A stretch of DNA of 64,000 nt, from contig MHCB01000038.1 in assembly GCA_001816455.1 (NCBI GenBank), positions 7,965 to 71,964 of the forward strand. The letters are read 5' to 3'. Origin of the DNA: Candidatus Blackburnbacteria bacterium RIFCSPHIGHO2_12_FULL_44_25. Its GTDB lineage: Bacteria > Patescibacteriota > Microgenomatia > UBA8517 > UBA10165. The notes below the pieces were generated by a model. That model was given only the letters and a program-made list of their open reading frames with translations. It was not told where the DNA came from and did no database searches. Shown here piece after piece: positions 54,261 through 62,783 of the stretch (the first letter of the stretch is position 1; the number at the start of each line of letters is the position of its first letter). A program made the position numbers and the translations under genes.

Positions 54261-54659
54261 TTATTCTTTCCTCAGGAGGGAGAATTCGAGGATCATTCCG
54301 TCGGGGTCTTCGCAGTAGATTGCGGTTCCTCCGTAGCCGTTATCGGTTATTCCCCCGTCTTCCATTTCTATCCCCTGCTCTTTGAGGCGTGCTTCAATTT
54401 CTTTAAGATTTTCCATTCCTTCTACTCCAAAAGCCCAGTGGTCTAGCCCAATATCTCCGCGACGGTTGAATTTTGCTGCGGCTTCATTGTTTTCAGGAGC
54501 AACAAGCCAAAGGGAGTCAAGACCTGCTCCTGTTAGACCGGCTGCGCCATGTTCTTCCATGAAAACTTCCATTTGGCAGGCTTTAACGTAAAAATCCTTT
54601 GACTTTTCTACGTCTGAAACTTTCAGGACAATATGGTGTACGCCGGTGGTTTTAATCAC
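54261..54659 (-). CDS. glyoxalase/bleomycin-resistance/VOC family protein
   Basis: 132 aa, betaalphabetabetabeta repeats, HHIVLKV…DHWAFGV metal ligands. Confidence 0.65.
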   Translation of the reverse strand: MIKTTGVHHIVLKVSDVEKSKDFYVKACQMEVFMEEHGAAGLTGAGLDSLWLVAPENNEAAAKFNRRGDIGLDHWAFGVEGMENLKEIEARLKEQGIEMEDGGITDNGYGGTAIYCEDPDGMILEFSLLRKE

Positions 54660-54777
54660 ACTCTATTCTTAGGGTTTTGTTTGGGTTTTGTCAAGTGGGG
54701 TAGCAGGAGTAGGCGGGAGACGTAAATTGATGGGAGTTTATTTGGGAAAAATGTCCTTTGGGGTGGTATAATGGGGT

Positions 54778-54981
54778 GTGTATAACTGGAACATAAACAC
54801 TTCAAAACTTAAGAAAAACCCTGAGAAATATGCTGTTTGGAAACTTGAGCAAAGTATTAATTTTGGCCTTAACGGGAAAAAACTGAAGATTAGTGAGTTA
54901 AAAAAGTATTGGGCTAAACTAGTTGTTGACCCACAAAGAAAAAAACTTCTAGAAATGTGGCTATGGCCAAAACAATCTTAA
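54778..54981 (+). CDS. small protein upstream of AbiEii (possible truncated AbiEi-like antitoxin)
   Basis: 67-aa ORF with a GTG start, 8 nt after an extended -10 (TGGTATAAT at 54761-69). Overlaps the AbiEii start. Confidence 0.25.
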   Translation: MYNWNINTSKLKKNPEKYAVWKLEQSINFGLNGKKLKISELKKYWAKLVVDPQRKKLLEMWLWPKQS

Positions 54982-55622
54982 CCGAAGAACAACAGCTCCT
55001 TCTTAATCTGATCTCCCAACAAAAAGATATAGCGAGTAACTTCTATTTGTCTGGTGGCACAGCCTTGGCTGAGTATTACCTTCAACATAGATTATCGGAG
55101 GATTTGGATTTTTTTAGCATGGAAGAAGTTGACCCCATGGCTATACGGGTGAGTCTTAAAAAAGTACAAAAACGAGCGGAGATAACTAAGATTGATTTTC
55201 AACAAAGTTTTAATCGGAATCTATTTTTTCTTCACTATAAAGACGGGATTGTTAAGATGGAATTTACTTATTATCCGTTTACTCAAATTGAGCAACCACA
55301 AATTGTCAACAACATTAAGGTTGATAGTTTAATAGATATTGCTGCCAACAAAACATTTACGATTTACCAACAGCCAAGCAGTAGACATTTTATCGATCTT
55401 TACTTGATTATCAAGACAAAGGGGTGGAAGTTTAAGGATTTAATCAAAAAAGCACGAGCTAAGTTTGATTCCCCTATTGACCCTATTCAAATGGGCCAGC
55501 AATTGCTAAAAGTGTCTGAGGTGTTAGATTATCCGGTTATGATTATTGAATTGCTGGAGAAAGAATGGCAGGATTTTTGGATGCAAGAGGCTCGGAGTTT
55601 AAAAGAGGAAGCTCTTGAATAA
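54957..55622 (+). CDS. nucleotidyltransferase AbiEii/AbiGii-family toxin (DUF1814)
   Basis: …FYLSGGTALAEYYLQHRLSEDLDFF…, the characteristic GS…D.D NTase motif; 221 aa. Confidence 0.65.
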   Translation: MAMAKTILTEEQQLLLNLISQQKDIASNFYLSGGTALAEYYLQHRLSEDLDFFSMEEVDPMAIRVSLKKVQKRAEITKIDFQQSFNRNLFFLHYKDGIVKMEFTYYPFTQIEQPQIVNNIKVDSLIDIAANKTFTIYQQPSSRHFIDLYLIIKTKGWKFKDLIKKARAKFDSPIDPIQMGQQLLKVSEVLDYPVMIIELLEKEWQDFWMQEARSLKEEALE

Positions 55623-55650
55623 TTTGATCTTGGAGCGGCTATCTTAAACT

Positions 55651-55938
55651 TCAAATTAATAGCAAAGCTAGTAAGACTAAGAGTCCTAAGGATTCCCAGT
55701 AAGAAATTTCCCTGGTATGAAACACTGCTGGAATTATATTGTTCCACAGTGCTCGAACCCACAAATTGATGATGGGCATTAGAACTAAAATAAGGGCATA
55801 AGTGCCAATAAATTCGCTTATTGATTTGATAGGATGTGTGGGGAATAAGTCTGAGTTTCCGGCAAGACTGAGTAGAGCAGTACCAGCCAGGGAGAGTAGT
55901 ATCAGGGGTTTGTTTAGTTTTCTTTGTTTATCTTCCAT
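55651..55938 (-). CDS. hypothetical membrane protein
   Basis: 95 aa, three hydrophobic segments. Confidence 0.4.
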   Translation of the reverse strand: MEDKQRKLNKPLILLSLAGTALLSLAGNSDLFPTHPIKSISEFIGTYALILVLMPIINLWVRALWNNIIPAVFHTREISYWESLGLLVLLALLLI

Positions 55939-56157
55939 TTCTAAAATATAGCATACCCTTCTTTCTGTACGCTCTGTTCCTTTCAGAGCTCCTAATGCAC
56001 TTTTGTTCGAACACCTTTTAGCCTGGCTTGATAGCTTAAGGCAGTTATATCAAAAAGAAAAGGGAACTGATATTTATTTCTATATGACATTGATATAATA
56101 CAGATACAAGGGAAGGTTAATGAGTTTTAGAATTTAACAACCTTATTAATTTCATTC

Positions 56158-56688
56158 ATGAATCTTAAAAAGTTAAAACTTAATAAAAGTAATATTCTTG
56201 GGCTAAAAAAGGTTTTTCTGTTTATTGTCTTGGGCTCCTTAGCCCTATATCTTTTACCACTAGGATTTTCTCTTAACCTTATAACTCCATGGGCTGAGTA
56301 CAGAGATGAAACTTTAGGAATATCTTTTCAGTACCCTCCAAGTTGGCCTGAAACAAAAAGCTACTTTTTAGTCGATAATACATATAATCTAGTTGTGGGA
56401 CGTGTTATGCCGTTCCTTATTACTTTTTCAAAACCTACGGAAAATTATATTAGAAAATTTCCTGAAAATGATTACACTAAAGAACAGACAGTTAATATTA
56501 ATGGGATTGACCTCACTTTTTATCGCAAGAAATTAGCTAATCCAAATAGATTTGTTGGAACATTTGTCTCTCAGAAACCTCCTTTAGAAATAGCTATTGA
56601 TACAAAAACCTACGATTATAGTATTTGGGATCAAAAAAGACATGATCAGATAGTAAGAAGGCTCATCTTTAGTGTAAAGCCACTGTAG
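56158..56688 (+). CDS. hypothetical secreted/anchored protein (low-GC paralog 1)
   Basis: About 33% GC, N-terminal TM, …ETLGISFQYPPSW…. Confidence 0.5.
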   Translation: MNLKKLKLNKSNILGLKKVFLFIVLGSLALYLLPLGFSLNLITPWAEYRDETLGISFQYPPSWPETKSYFLVDNTYNLVVGRVMPFLITFSKPTENYIRKFPENDYTKEQTVNINGIDLTFYRKKLANPNRFVGTFVSQKPPLEIAIDTKTYDYSIWDQKRHDQIVRRLIFSVKPL

Positions 56689-56705
56689 TTACATGCCACG
56701 TAAAT

Positions 56706-57323
56706 ATGAAAAAGCTAAGATTTAATAAAAAAGCTGCTATTATTGTTATTTCAATACTAATAGGTTTATTCATCTTAAGATCTCAAATTTATCTCGGGCC
56801 ATTTTATTCATTCGTACTGTTTTTACAAGACTTCCCTCAGGCCCAAAGACTACAAAAAATATTAAATGCAACTGATTGGAAGGAATTCAAAGATGAAAAG
56901 TTAGGTTATTCTTATATAATTCCAGAGTCTTGGGTTACTGCTGTAACTGACTATAAAACTACAGATGAACATCCAGCATACGGTCAAGAATATAAAGTAT
57001 CGGAGCATGCCTCACCTCAAGCCTATATCAATGTAGTCTTTTATAAAAATCCTAATAAGAATGTTCTGGAAACCTTTAAAAAAGAATCAAAATATTATGT
57101 TGATCCTAATTTAAGGTTAATAAATGGTCTGGAGTATTTTGTAGTACATGATACTTACAGATTTAATGGAGGACTTAAAGTGGGTAATTTTCTTCTTGCT
57201 AAGGATTATAGCTTGCTAGTCGAGGCTAGGCTAGGATACCTTTCAGATAGGGGTCGACTTGAAGCGAAAAAGGAAATAGAGATAGTAAATAAAATCTTTA
57301 ATAGCATCAAGAAAAATATATGA
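56706..57323 (+). CDS. hypothetical secreted/anchored protein (low-GC paralog 2)
   Basis: N-terminal TM, …EKLGYSYIIPESW…, homologous to 56158-56688. Confidence 0.5.
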   Translation: MKKLRFNKKAAIIVISILIGLFILRSQIYLGPFYSFVLFLQDFPQAQRLQKILNATDWKEFKDEKLGYSYIIPESWVTAVTDYKTTDEHPAYGQEYKVSEHASPQAYINVVFYKNPNKNVLETFKKESKYYVDPNLRLINGLEYFVVHDTYRFNGGLKVGNFLLAKDYSLLVEARLGYLSDRGRLEAKKEIEIVNKIFNSIKKNI

Positions 57324-57389
57324 AAATGGGAAATGCTAAGTTAATCGAACACCCAAATCAAAGCTATTTTTGCCTCAATGTTGAGCCTG

Positions 57390-57407
57390 GAGCGGGATAC
57401 GGGAGTC
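57390..57407. repeat. 18-nt duplicate of the tRNA-Gly 3' end (att-like scar)
   Basis: GAGCGGGATACGGGAGTC is identical to 57494-57511 (T-arm/acceptor 3' half of tRNA-Gly), 87 bp away. Confidence 0.5.
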
Positions 57408-57494
57408 CCTTCGATTTCACTCAGGGTAAACTTCTCCTCTCGTTTTCTACTCTGCTTCGCCAAGTTCACGCAAATGGCGAGCTTGTCGAATCAG

Positions 57495-57565
57495 AGCGGG
57501 ATACGGGAGTCGAACCCGTTTTTTCTGCTTGGAAAGCAGATGTTGAGCCGTTCAACTAATCCCGC
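57495..57565 (-). tRNA. tRNA-Gly(TCC)
   Basis: GCGGGAT-TA-GTTG-AACGGCT-CAAC-A-TCTGC-TTTCCAA-GCAGA-AAAA-ACGGGTTCGACTCCCGT-ATCCCGC-T. No CCA. Confidence 0.75.
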
Positions 57566-57586
57566 TTGCGGCGGGTTTTCAAAAAG

Positions 57587-57659
57587 TCGGGGATGGCCGA
57601 TTCGAACGGCCGACCTCTCGCTCCCAAAGCGAGCGCTCTACCAACTGAGCCAATCCCCG
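57587..57659 (-). tRNA. tRNA-Pro(TGG)
   Basis: CGGGGAT-TG-GCTCAGTTGGTAGAGC-G-CTCGC-TTTGGGA-GCGAG-AGGTC-GGCCGTTCGAATCGGCC-ATCCCCG-A. No CCA. Confidence 0.8.
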
Positions 57660-57696
57660 AAGGTGTTGCTGATTATACCAAATGTAGGATGTATAA

Positions 57697-58275
57697 TTGA
57701 AACTGGTGGCAGAAAAATTAAAAATCTTAATTATCAACGGGTCGGTGCATGTTGACTCTTTAAACCTCAAGATTGCAAAGATTGTTGAAAAGGAGCTTCA
57801 AAGTTTAGAGACTCAGTCAACTCTAATTCATTTAGGCGAGGAGAAACTTCCTCCGTTTGAGGGGTATGGTGTCCCTTACCCCCCTCGCGTTAATGAGATT
57901 TTAAAACTGATGACCCAAGCTGACGGATTTATCTTTGTGGTTCCTGAATACCACAGATCTATGCCTTCTGTTTTTAAAAATCTTTTTGAATACATAGACG
58001 ATGAGGAGGTAAAGATTGAAGACCGGCCGGCAGCTTTGGTTACTGCTACTGAGGGGCAATGGGGACAATTTGCGCAGATGTCGATGCATGGCATGCTTAG
58101 GACTTTGCGTGTTTGGCTTGTTCCGGATCAGATGTATATTTCGCAGGCTTCGACACTTTTGGACGAGCAAGGAAACTTAAAAGACGAGAAGCTTTTGGAA
58201 AGATTAAAGAGTTTGGTTTCCCGATTAGTTCGCGCCTCAGAACTTCTACGCCCCTTGAGGAACGGGAATGGGTAG
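57697..58275 (+). CDS. NAD(P)H-dependent FMN reductase (flavodoxin-like fold)
   Basis: …KILIINGS…FIFVVPEYHRSMPSVFKNLFEY… motif pattern. Confidence 0.65.
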   Translation: MKLVAEKLKILIINGSVHVDSLNLKIAKIVEKELQSLETQSTLIHLGEEKLPPFEGYGVPYPPRVNEILKLMTQADGFIFVVPEYHRSMPSVFKNLFEYIDDEEVKIEDRPAALVTATEGQWGQFAQMSMHGMLRTLRVWLVPDQMYISQASTLLDEQGNLKDEKLLERLKSLVSRLVRASELLRPLRNGNG

Positions 58276-58316
58276 GGATTATAATTGTTGCGTTGGGGTG
58301 TTAGAATTGATTTAGG

Positions 58317-59816
58317 TTGAAGCGCATATTCTTTGTGCCCCTTCTGGTTCTCTCGTATCTTCTTTTGCTTTCTAATAACAATTTTTGGGGATTGGGTTTT
58401 TCGATTGTTCAAATTTTATTTGTTTGGTCTTTTATTTCCCTTTTCCCGCAAAGTTTAAAGCGTGGGGAAATTTTGTTTTATCTAGCCTCTTCGGTAGTTT
58501 TATCTGCTTTTCTTGCACTGCGCGCATTTGAGGTTGGAAGGCTTCTTGTTGTTTTGTCTGTTTATGTTCTTAATTCCCTTTCCGTTGTTCGTTTGAAGGC
58601 TTCCGGAGAGTTAACTTTAAAGGCGATTCTGGCTGCGCCTATTTTGGTTTTCTTGCGAGTGTTTAGAGAGATTGGTTGGGGATTTGCCGGTTTATTTCGA
58701 ATAGCCCGCAGTTCGTTCGTTAAACAAGATCTTGCGCCGGGGCGGGCTGAAAGTTTGTTTTTGGGCGGTGGTTTGGCGGTTTTTCTTGTGGTTCTGTTTG
58801 CCTTTCTTTTTTCCAGCGCGGACCCGGTTTTTTCAAGATATGTGGGAGATTTTTTGGGTAAGATTAACGTCAAGATTTCGCCAGTTACCGTTCGCTACGT
58901 ACTCGACGGTGTCTTTTTCTTTGGTCTCTTCTCTTCTCTGCTTTCTCCTGCGAAGGACAAATTAGATGAATTTTCTTCGCAAGGCTTGGGCAACTTGAGA
59001 CTACCTGTTGCTATGGCAGTTTCAGCGGTTTCTTTGGTTACTGGTCTATTTTTGGTTGTTCAGGCACAACACTTGTTTGCCGGAGCGGAACTTTTGGCAA
59101 AACTTAATATCTCGCATTCAGAATACACCCGCCGTGGGTTTGCGGAGTTAGTTGTTGTAAGTTCTATTAGCCTTATTCTTTTGTGGGTACTGGTGCGCGA
59201 ACATGCAAAGAGCACTACACGTTTCTTGTCGTATGTGTTTTTATCTGAAGTTGCGCTTCTTTTGGGGTCTGTATTTTATCGAGTTTGGCTTTATCAGGAT
59301 ACTTTTGGGTTTACGCAAGCCAGACTTTTGGGCGCGGTGTTTGCTTTATGGTTGGGGGGAGTGTTGGCGACGTTTTTGCATGTTTTATGGGGTAGAGTTG
59401 GTCGAGCACGGATCCCTTTTGTCTTGGTTTTTAATACAGTTATGGTGGTATTTGTGCTTAATTTAATGAACATTGACTATCTTGTTGGAGCAGTAAAGCA
59501 ACCGAATTTGGGTTATAGAATAGATCATCCGTATGTTGTTTCCCGGTTGTCTACCGATGCTTGGCCGGGTTGGCAGAAAACCTTGGATTATTATGCGGTT
59601 GGATGTCAGAATGATAGTTTGCAAGTTATGGATAAGCTTGGTGTTAGATACCACAATCTGGCTATGCGTAAAGAGGAGCGTACAGGTATTAAAGCGTTTG
59701 GGGCTTGGAATTTATCAAACTTGCGGGCGTATGGTTTTTTGAAGGAAAATTATGAGAAGATTTTATCTGTTGGAGTTTGTACTGTGCCGCCTGTAACGCC
59801 CGAGAGTGCTTCTTAA
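58317..59816 (+). CDS. polytopic membrane protein (DUF4153/DUF4173-like)
   Basis: 499 aa, more than 10 hydrophobic segments. Confidence 0.5.
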   Translation: MKRIFFVPLLVLSYLLLLSNNNFWGLGFSIVQILFVWSFISLFPQSLKRGEILFYLASSVVLSAFLALRAFEVGRLLVVLSVYVLNSLSVVRLKASGELTLKAILAAPILVFLRVFREIGWGFAGLFRIARSSFVKQDLAPGRAESLFLGGGLAVFLVVLFAFLFSSADPVFSRYVGDFLGKINVKISPVTVRYVLDGVFFFGLFSSLLSPAKDKLDEFSSQGLGNLRLPVAMAVSAVSLVTGLFLVVQAQHLFAGAELLAKLNISHSEYTRRGFAELVVVSSISLILLWVLVREHAKSTTRFLSYVFLSEVALLLGSVFYRVWLYQDTFGFTQARLLGAVFALWLGGVLATFLHVLWGRVGRARIPFVLVFNTVMVVFVLNLMNIDYLVGAVKQPNLGYRIDHPYVVSRLSTDAWPGWQKTLDYYAVGCQNDSLQVMDKLGVRYHNLAMRKEERTGIKAFGAWNLSNLRAYGFLKENYEKILSVGVCTVPPVTPESAS

Positions 59817-59857
59817 TTACCACTTGACATTTACCGAAAGATACCCGAATATGGGTT

Positions 59858-60958
59858 GTGGATTCCCGAAGAATTTCCGAACATTTGGTGTTGCATTTGG
59901 ATATGAATGCGTTTTTTGCGGCAATTGAAGAACGGGATAATCCTCAATTTGTCGGTCGGCCAATTATTGTTGGGGCAGATCCTAAAAAAGGGGTGGGGCG
60001 GGGGGTTGTTTCTACTGGAAATTATAAAGCGAGGGAATATGGGATCCACTCGGGAATGCCTATTTCTTGGGCGTATCGGGCGTGTCCCGAGGGCGTATTT
60101 TTGCCATGTGATTTTAAGAGGTATGGCAGTGTATCCCGGAACATCTTCTCTGTAATTCGTGGTTATGGCTACCCTACCGAACAGGTATCCGTGGATGAGT
60201 GTTATGTAGAGATGCCAAATTGTGCGGGGTTTGAGAATTTGGCGAGAGAGATGAAGCAGAAGATTTGGGAAGTGGAGCGCTTGACATGTTCGGTTGGAAT
60301 TGGGCCGAATAAACTGGTTTCAAAAGTTGCCTCTAATTTTAAAAAACCTGATGGGTTGACCATTGTCTTAAAGAAAGACGTCCAACGGTTTCTTGATCCA
60401 ATGTCTGTTCGGGTTTTGCCGGGAGTTGGCCCTAAAACAGCAGGAGTGTTGCTCTCGATGGGAGTAATTACTGTTAAGGATTTAAGGCAGACATATTTAT
60501 ACAAACTAAAAGAACAGTTTGGTAAACACGGAGCGCATTTGTGGGAGCTTGCAAACGGGCGTGACGATCGAAAAGTTTTTGAGTCGCATGAGGTCAAGTC
60601 TGTTGGTAGGCAAACTACTTTTTGGAAAGATACAAAGGACCCAAGGATTATCTACGATACTACTCTTGGGCTTTTGAGGGAGACTTTTGAAGAACTTACC
60701 GGTTTGGGAATCTTTGGTAAAACGTTGACAGTTGTCGTTCGGTATGCCTGGTTTGAGACACATACTTCGCAGGAAACTTCGAAGGGGCTACTGACCTTTC
60801 AAGAGGCTCGCAGGCTTGGTTTAAAACTTCTGGTTCCCTACTTTAACAATAAGTTGGTTAGGCTTGTTGGGGTTAGGGTTAGTGGGTTTGGTGGTGGTGG
60901 GGTGAGGAGCCATAGTCCAGAGGAGGGTGTGAGCGGGGCTGCGACAAGTCTGGTGTGA
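59858..60958 (+). CDS. dinB: DNA polymerase IV (Y-family)
   Basis: …LHLDMNAFFAAIEERDNP…VSVDECYVEM… Y-family palm and little-finger arrangement; 366 aa. Confidence 0.85.
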   Translation: MDSRRISEHLVLHLDMNAFFAAIEERDNPQFVGRPIIVGADPKKGVGRGVVSTGNYKAREYGIHSGMPISWAYRACPEGVFLPCDFKRYGSVSRNIFSVIRGYGYPTEQVSVDECYVEMPNCAGFENLAREMKQKIWEVERLTCSVGIGPNKLVSKVASNFKKPDGLTIVLKKDVQRFLDPMSVRVLPGVGPKTAGVLLSMGVITVKDLRQTYLYKLKEQFGKHGAHLWELANGRDDRKVFESHEVKSVGRQTTFWKDTKDPRIIYDTTLGLLRETFEELTGLGIFGKTLTVVVRYAWFETHTSQETSKGLLTFQEARRLGLKLLVPYFNNKLVRLVGVRVSGFGGGGVRSHSPEEGVSGAATSLV

Positions 60959-60976
60959 CTTTTGGTGTCGCAGCCC
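60936..60976 (+). terminator. hairpin GGGCTGCGACA…TGTCGCAGCCC overlapping the dinB stop
   Basis: 11-bp perfect stem with a large loop and no clear U-run. Confidence 0.3.
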
Positions 60977-61205
60977 TGGCTTTGGGCGGTTAGATCTGCA
61001 CAGGTGGGTTTAGCACATTTCCTTCCGCCTGCCGGAAGTCGTGATTTTCCCATACTCGGTGGGTGGCTTGGCCTCCGACGACGTGGTAAATTGCGGCAAC
61101 ATTGTACAGGCCATGTGTGACGCCTGCCGGCATGGCATGTTTGACAAAATAGGCCAGTTGCACGCTAGGGATTTGGGCGGCGGCGACTATTGCAGTCAGC
61201 TCTTC

Positions 61206-61436
61206 TCAGATTCCGAGTACGACTACTAGGTCGTAGTGTGCTTGTGCTCCTCGGATAGATTGGAGAAGCATTGTTGGCACCGATGGTACCTCGTGGAACT
61301 CTGGTTGGAAGGCGCCAAGCCACTCTCGGAGGGCAGTCTCTTCGGGCGGTGTCAAGCTGTTCCTTGCGTTGATGACCATTACCATGGGAATCCTGGCTCC
61401 TTTTGGTCCGGGTTCGCGATTTACTTCTTCGGTCAC
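61206..61436 (-). CDS. hypothetical protein or gene fragment in a GC-rich patch
   Basis: 76-aa ORF; the surrounding 61000-61450 is GC-rich and may be a gene remnant. Confidence 0.2.
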   Translation of the reverse strand: MTEEVNREPGPKGARIPMVMVINARNSLTPPEETALREWLGAFQPEFHEVPSVPTMLLQSIRGAQAHYDLVVVLGI

Positions 61437-61919
61437 GGTCGGTCTCCCTTTTTGCTAAATGGCGCTTCCCTTGCGGGATAGTGATGATTCTATATGACTA
61501 TGGGGTTTTATTCAACTTTTTGAGGTCTTTTATCTGGCGAGGTAAACGAAGTTTAAGGGGTAAGTCAATCGAAGATAGCGTTCTGGGCACTGCCCTTTGA
61601 ACCGAAGTTCTCAGGATAAGTAAGCTGCCTGCCCAACAACCTACTAAGCAATACCCATAGTGCTATCTTCGAAAGTCTTTTATATGTCAATTGAAGAGAT
61701 TTTGTCACCTCTACCCTACTTTGGCAAAATCTTTTATATGTGCGCCCTGCTCTGGATTGAAACCAAGCAGGCAGATCTGAAAGATTCAAAAATAGATTCC
61801 AGTAACAAAAACAAATAATTGAGGGAATCTTAATCTCTAAACTTTAGATAACCCATATTGTACTACACTATGGGGTCAAAGTCAAGTGTTATGGGTGTGT
61901 TTACTTCATGGAATTTCCT

Positions 61920-61940
61920 TGACAGGGTCTCACCCTGTCA
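61920..61940. repeat. REP-B palindrome TGACAGGGTCTCACCCTGTCA
   Basis: 12 bp upstream of the RAYT-2 start. Confidence 0.7.
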
Positions 61941-62130
61941 ATAATATGAATTATGCCCGCGCGTAACAGTGTGAAGATCTACGTAGAAGGTGGTTGTTAC
62001 CATGTTTACAATCGGGGCGTAGATAAACGTGACATTTATCTTGACGATCAGGATTATCGTGTTTTCTTGAGTTTTATTAAACAGTATCTTTCTCCCGTTG
62101 AACCGAATTTTACACACCCCTTGTCTGATG

Positions 62131-62151
62131 TGACAGGGTTTCACCCTGTCA
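62131..62151. repeat. REP-B palindrome inside the RAYT-2 ORF (encodes VTGFHPV)
   Basis: TGACAGGGTTTCACCCTGTCA, in frame. Confidence 0.7.
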
Positions 62152-62420
62152 GGCTGCGTCAGTTGAAGTCTTTTTATGGTGATGTGGAGCTTCTAGCTTA
62201 TTGTTTGATGCCGAACCATTTTCACCTTCTACTTAGGCAGGCTACTAAGGATGGGATGGCTGAGTTTTTGCGAGCCCTGGCTACGAGTTATGTCATGTAT
62301 TTTAATAAGAAATATGAGCGGCAGGGTGCTCTTTTCCAGGGGTGTATAAAGCAGCTAATGTGGGGGAGGATTCATACCTTTTGCATTTGTCGCGATACAT
62401 TCATTTGAACCCACTCGGTA

Positions 62421-62441
62421 TGACAGGGTTCCACCCTGTCA
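62421..62441. repeat. REP-B palindrome inside the RAYT-2 ORF (encodes MTGFHPV)
   Basis: TGACAGGGTTCCACCCTGTCA, in frame. Confidence 0.7.
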
Positions 62442-62632
62442 AGGCCTATCCTTACTCTAGTTATGCTTACTATTTGGGAGGGAAGAATGCTCAGTGGATT
62501 AACCCTAGTTTTGTACTAGGTTTCTTTAAGGAACGAGCTCGAATGGGGTTGCGCGACCATTTTTCTTATGAGGCGTTTGTAGAAGATTTTTCGATAGATT
62601 CTGCGGAGATGGTGGGAGAACTTGCTCTTGAG

Positions 62633-62653
62633 TGACAGGGTGAAACCCTGTCA
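62633..62653. repeat. REP-B palindrome supplying the RAYT-2 TGA stop
   Basis: TGACAGGGTGAAACCCTGTCA. Confidence 0.7.
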
Positions 62654-62680
62654 AACGTTTGCGTGATATAATTGCTTTGA

Positions 62681-62764
62681 GCCGAGGTGACGAAATCGGT
62701 ATACGTGAGGGCCTTAAGAGCCCTTGTCCTTTTGGGCGTGCGGGTTCGAGTCCCGCCCTCGGCA
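62681..62764 (+). tRNA. tRNA-Leu(TAA)
   Basis: Type II tRNA GCCGAGG-TG-…-AGGGC-CTTAAGA-GCCCT-long variable arm-GCGGGTTCGAGTCCCGC-CCTCGGC-A. No CCA. Confidence 0.8.
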
Positions 62765-62783
62765 CTCCTGTTTGCTTTCCTAA

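Larger units (their letters stand above)
61953..62635 (+). pseudogene. IS200/RAYT-like HUH transposase (RAYT-2), with a -1 frameshift in a G4 run near 62337
   Basis: HuH LMPNHFHLLL and …LSRYIHLNP… are conserved with RAYT-1. The reading frame switches at CAGGGGTG, where a fifth G would restore …ALFQGVYKAANV…. Two REP-B copies lie in frame inside the gene and a third provides the stop. Confidence 0.65.

Noticed and set aside
62526-62765. ORF 62526-62765 (-), containing an LTGFHPV peptide
   Set aside because: It is the reverse complement of a REP-B copy and overlaps tRNA-Leu(TAA). It is an artefact of the palindrome.
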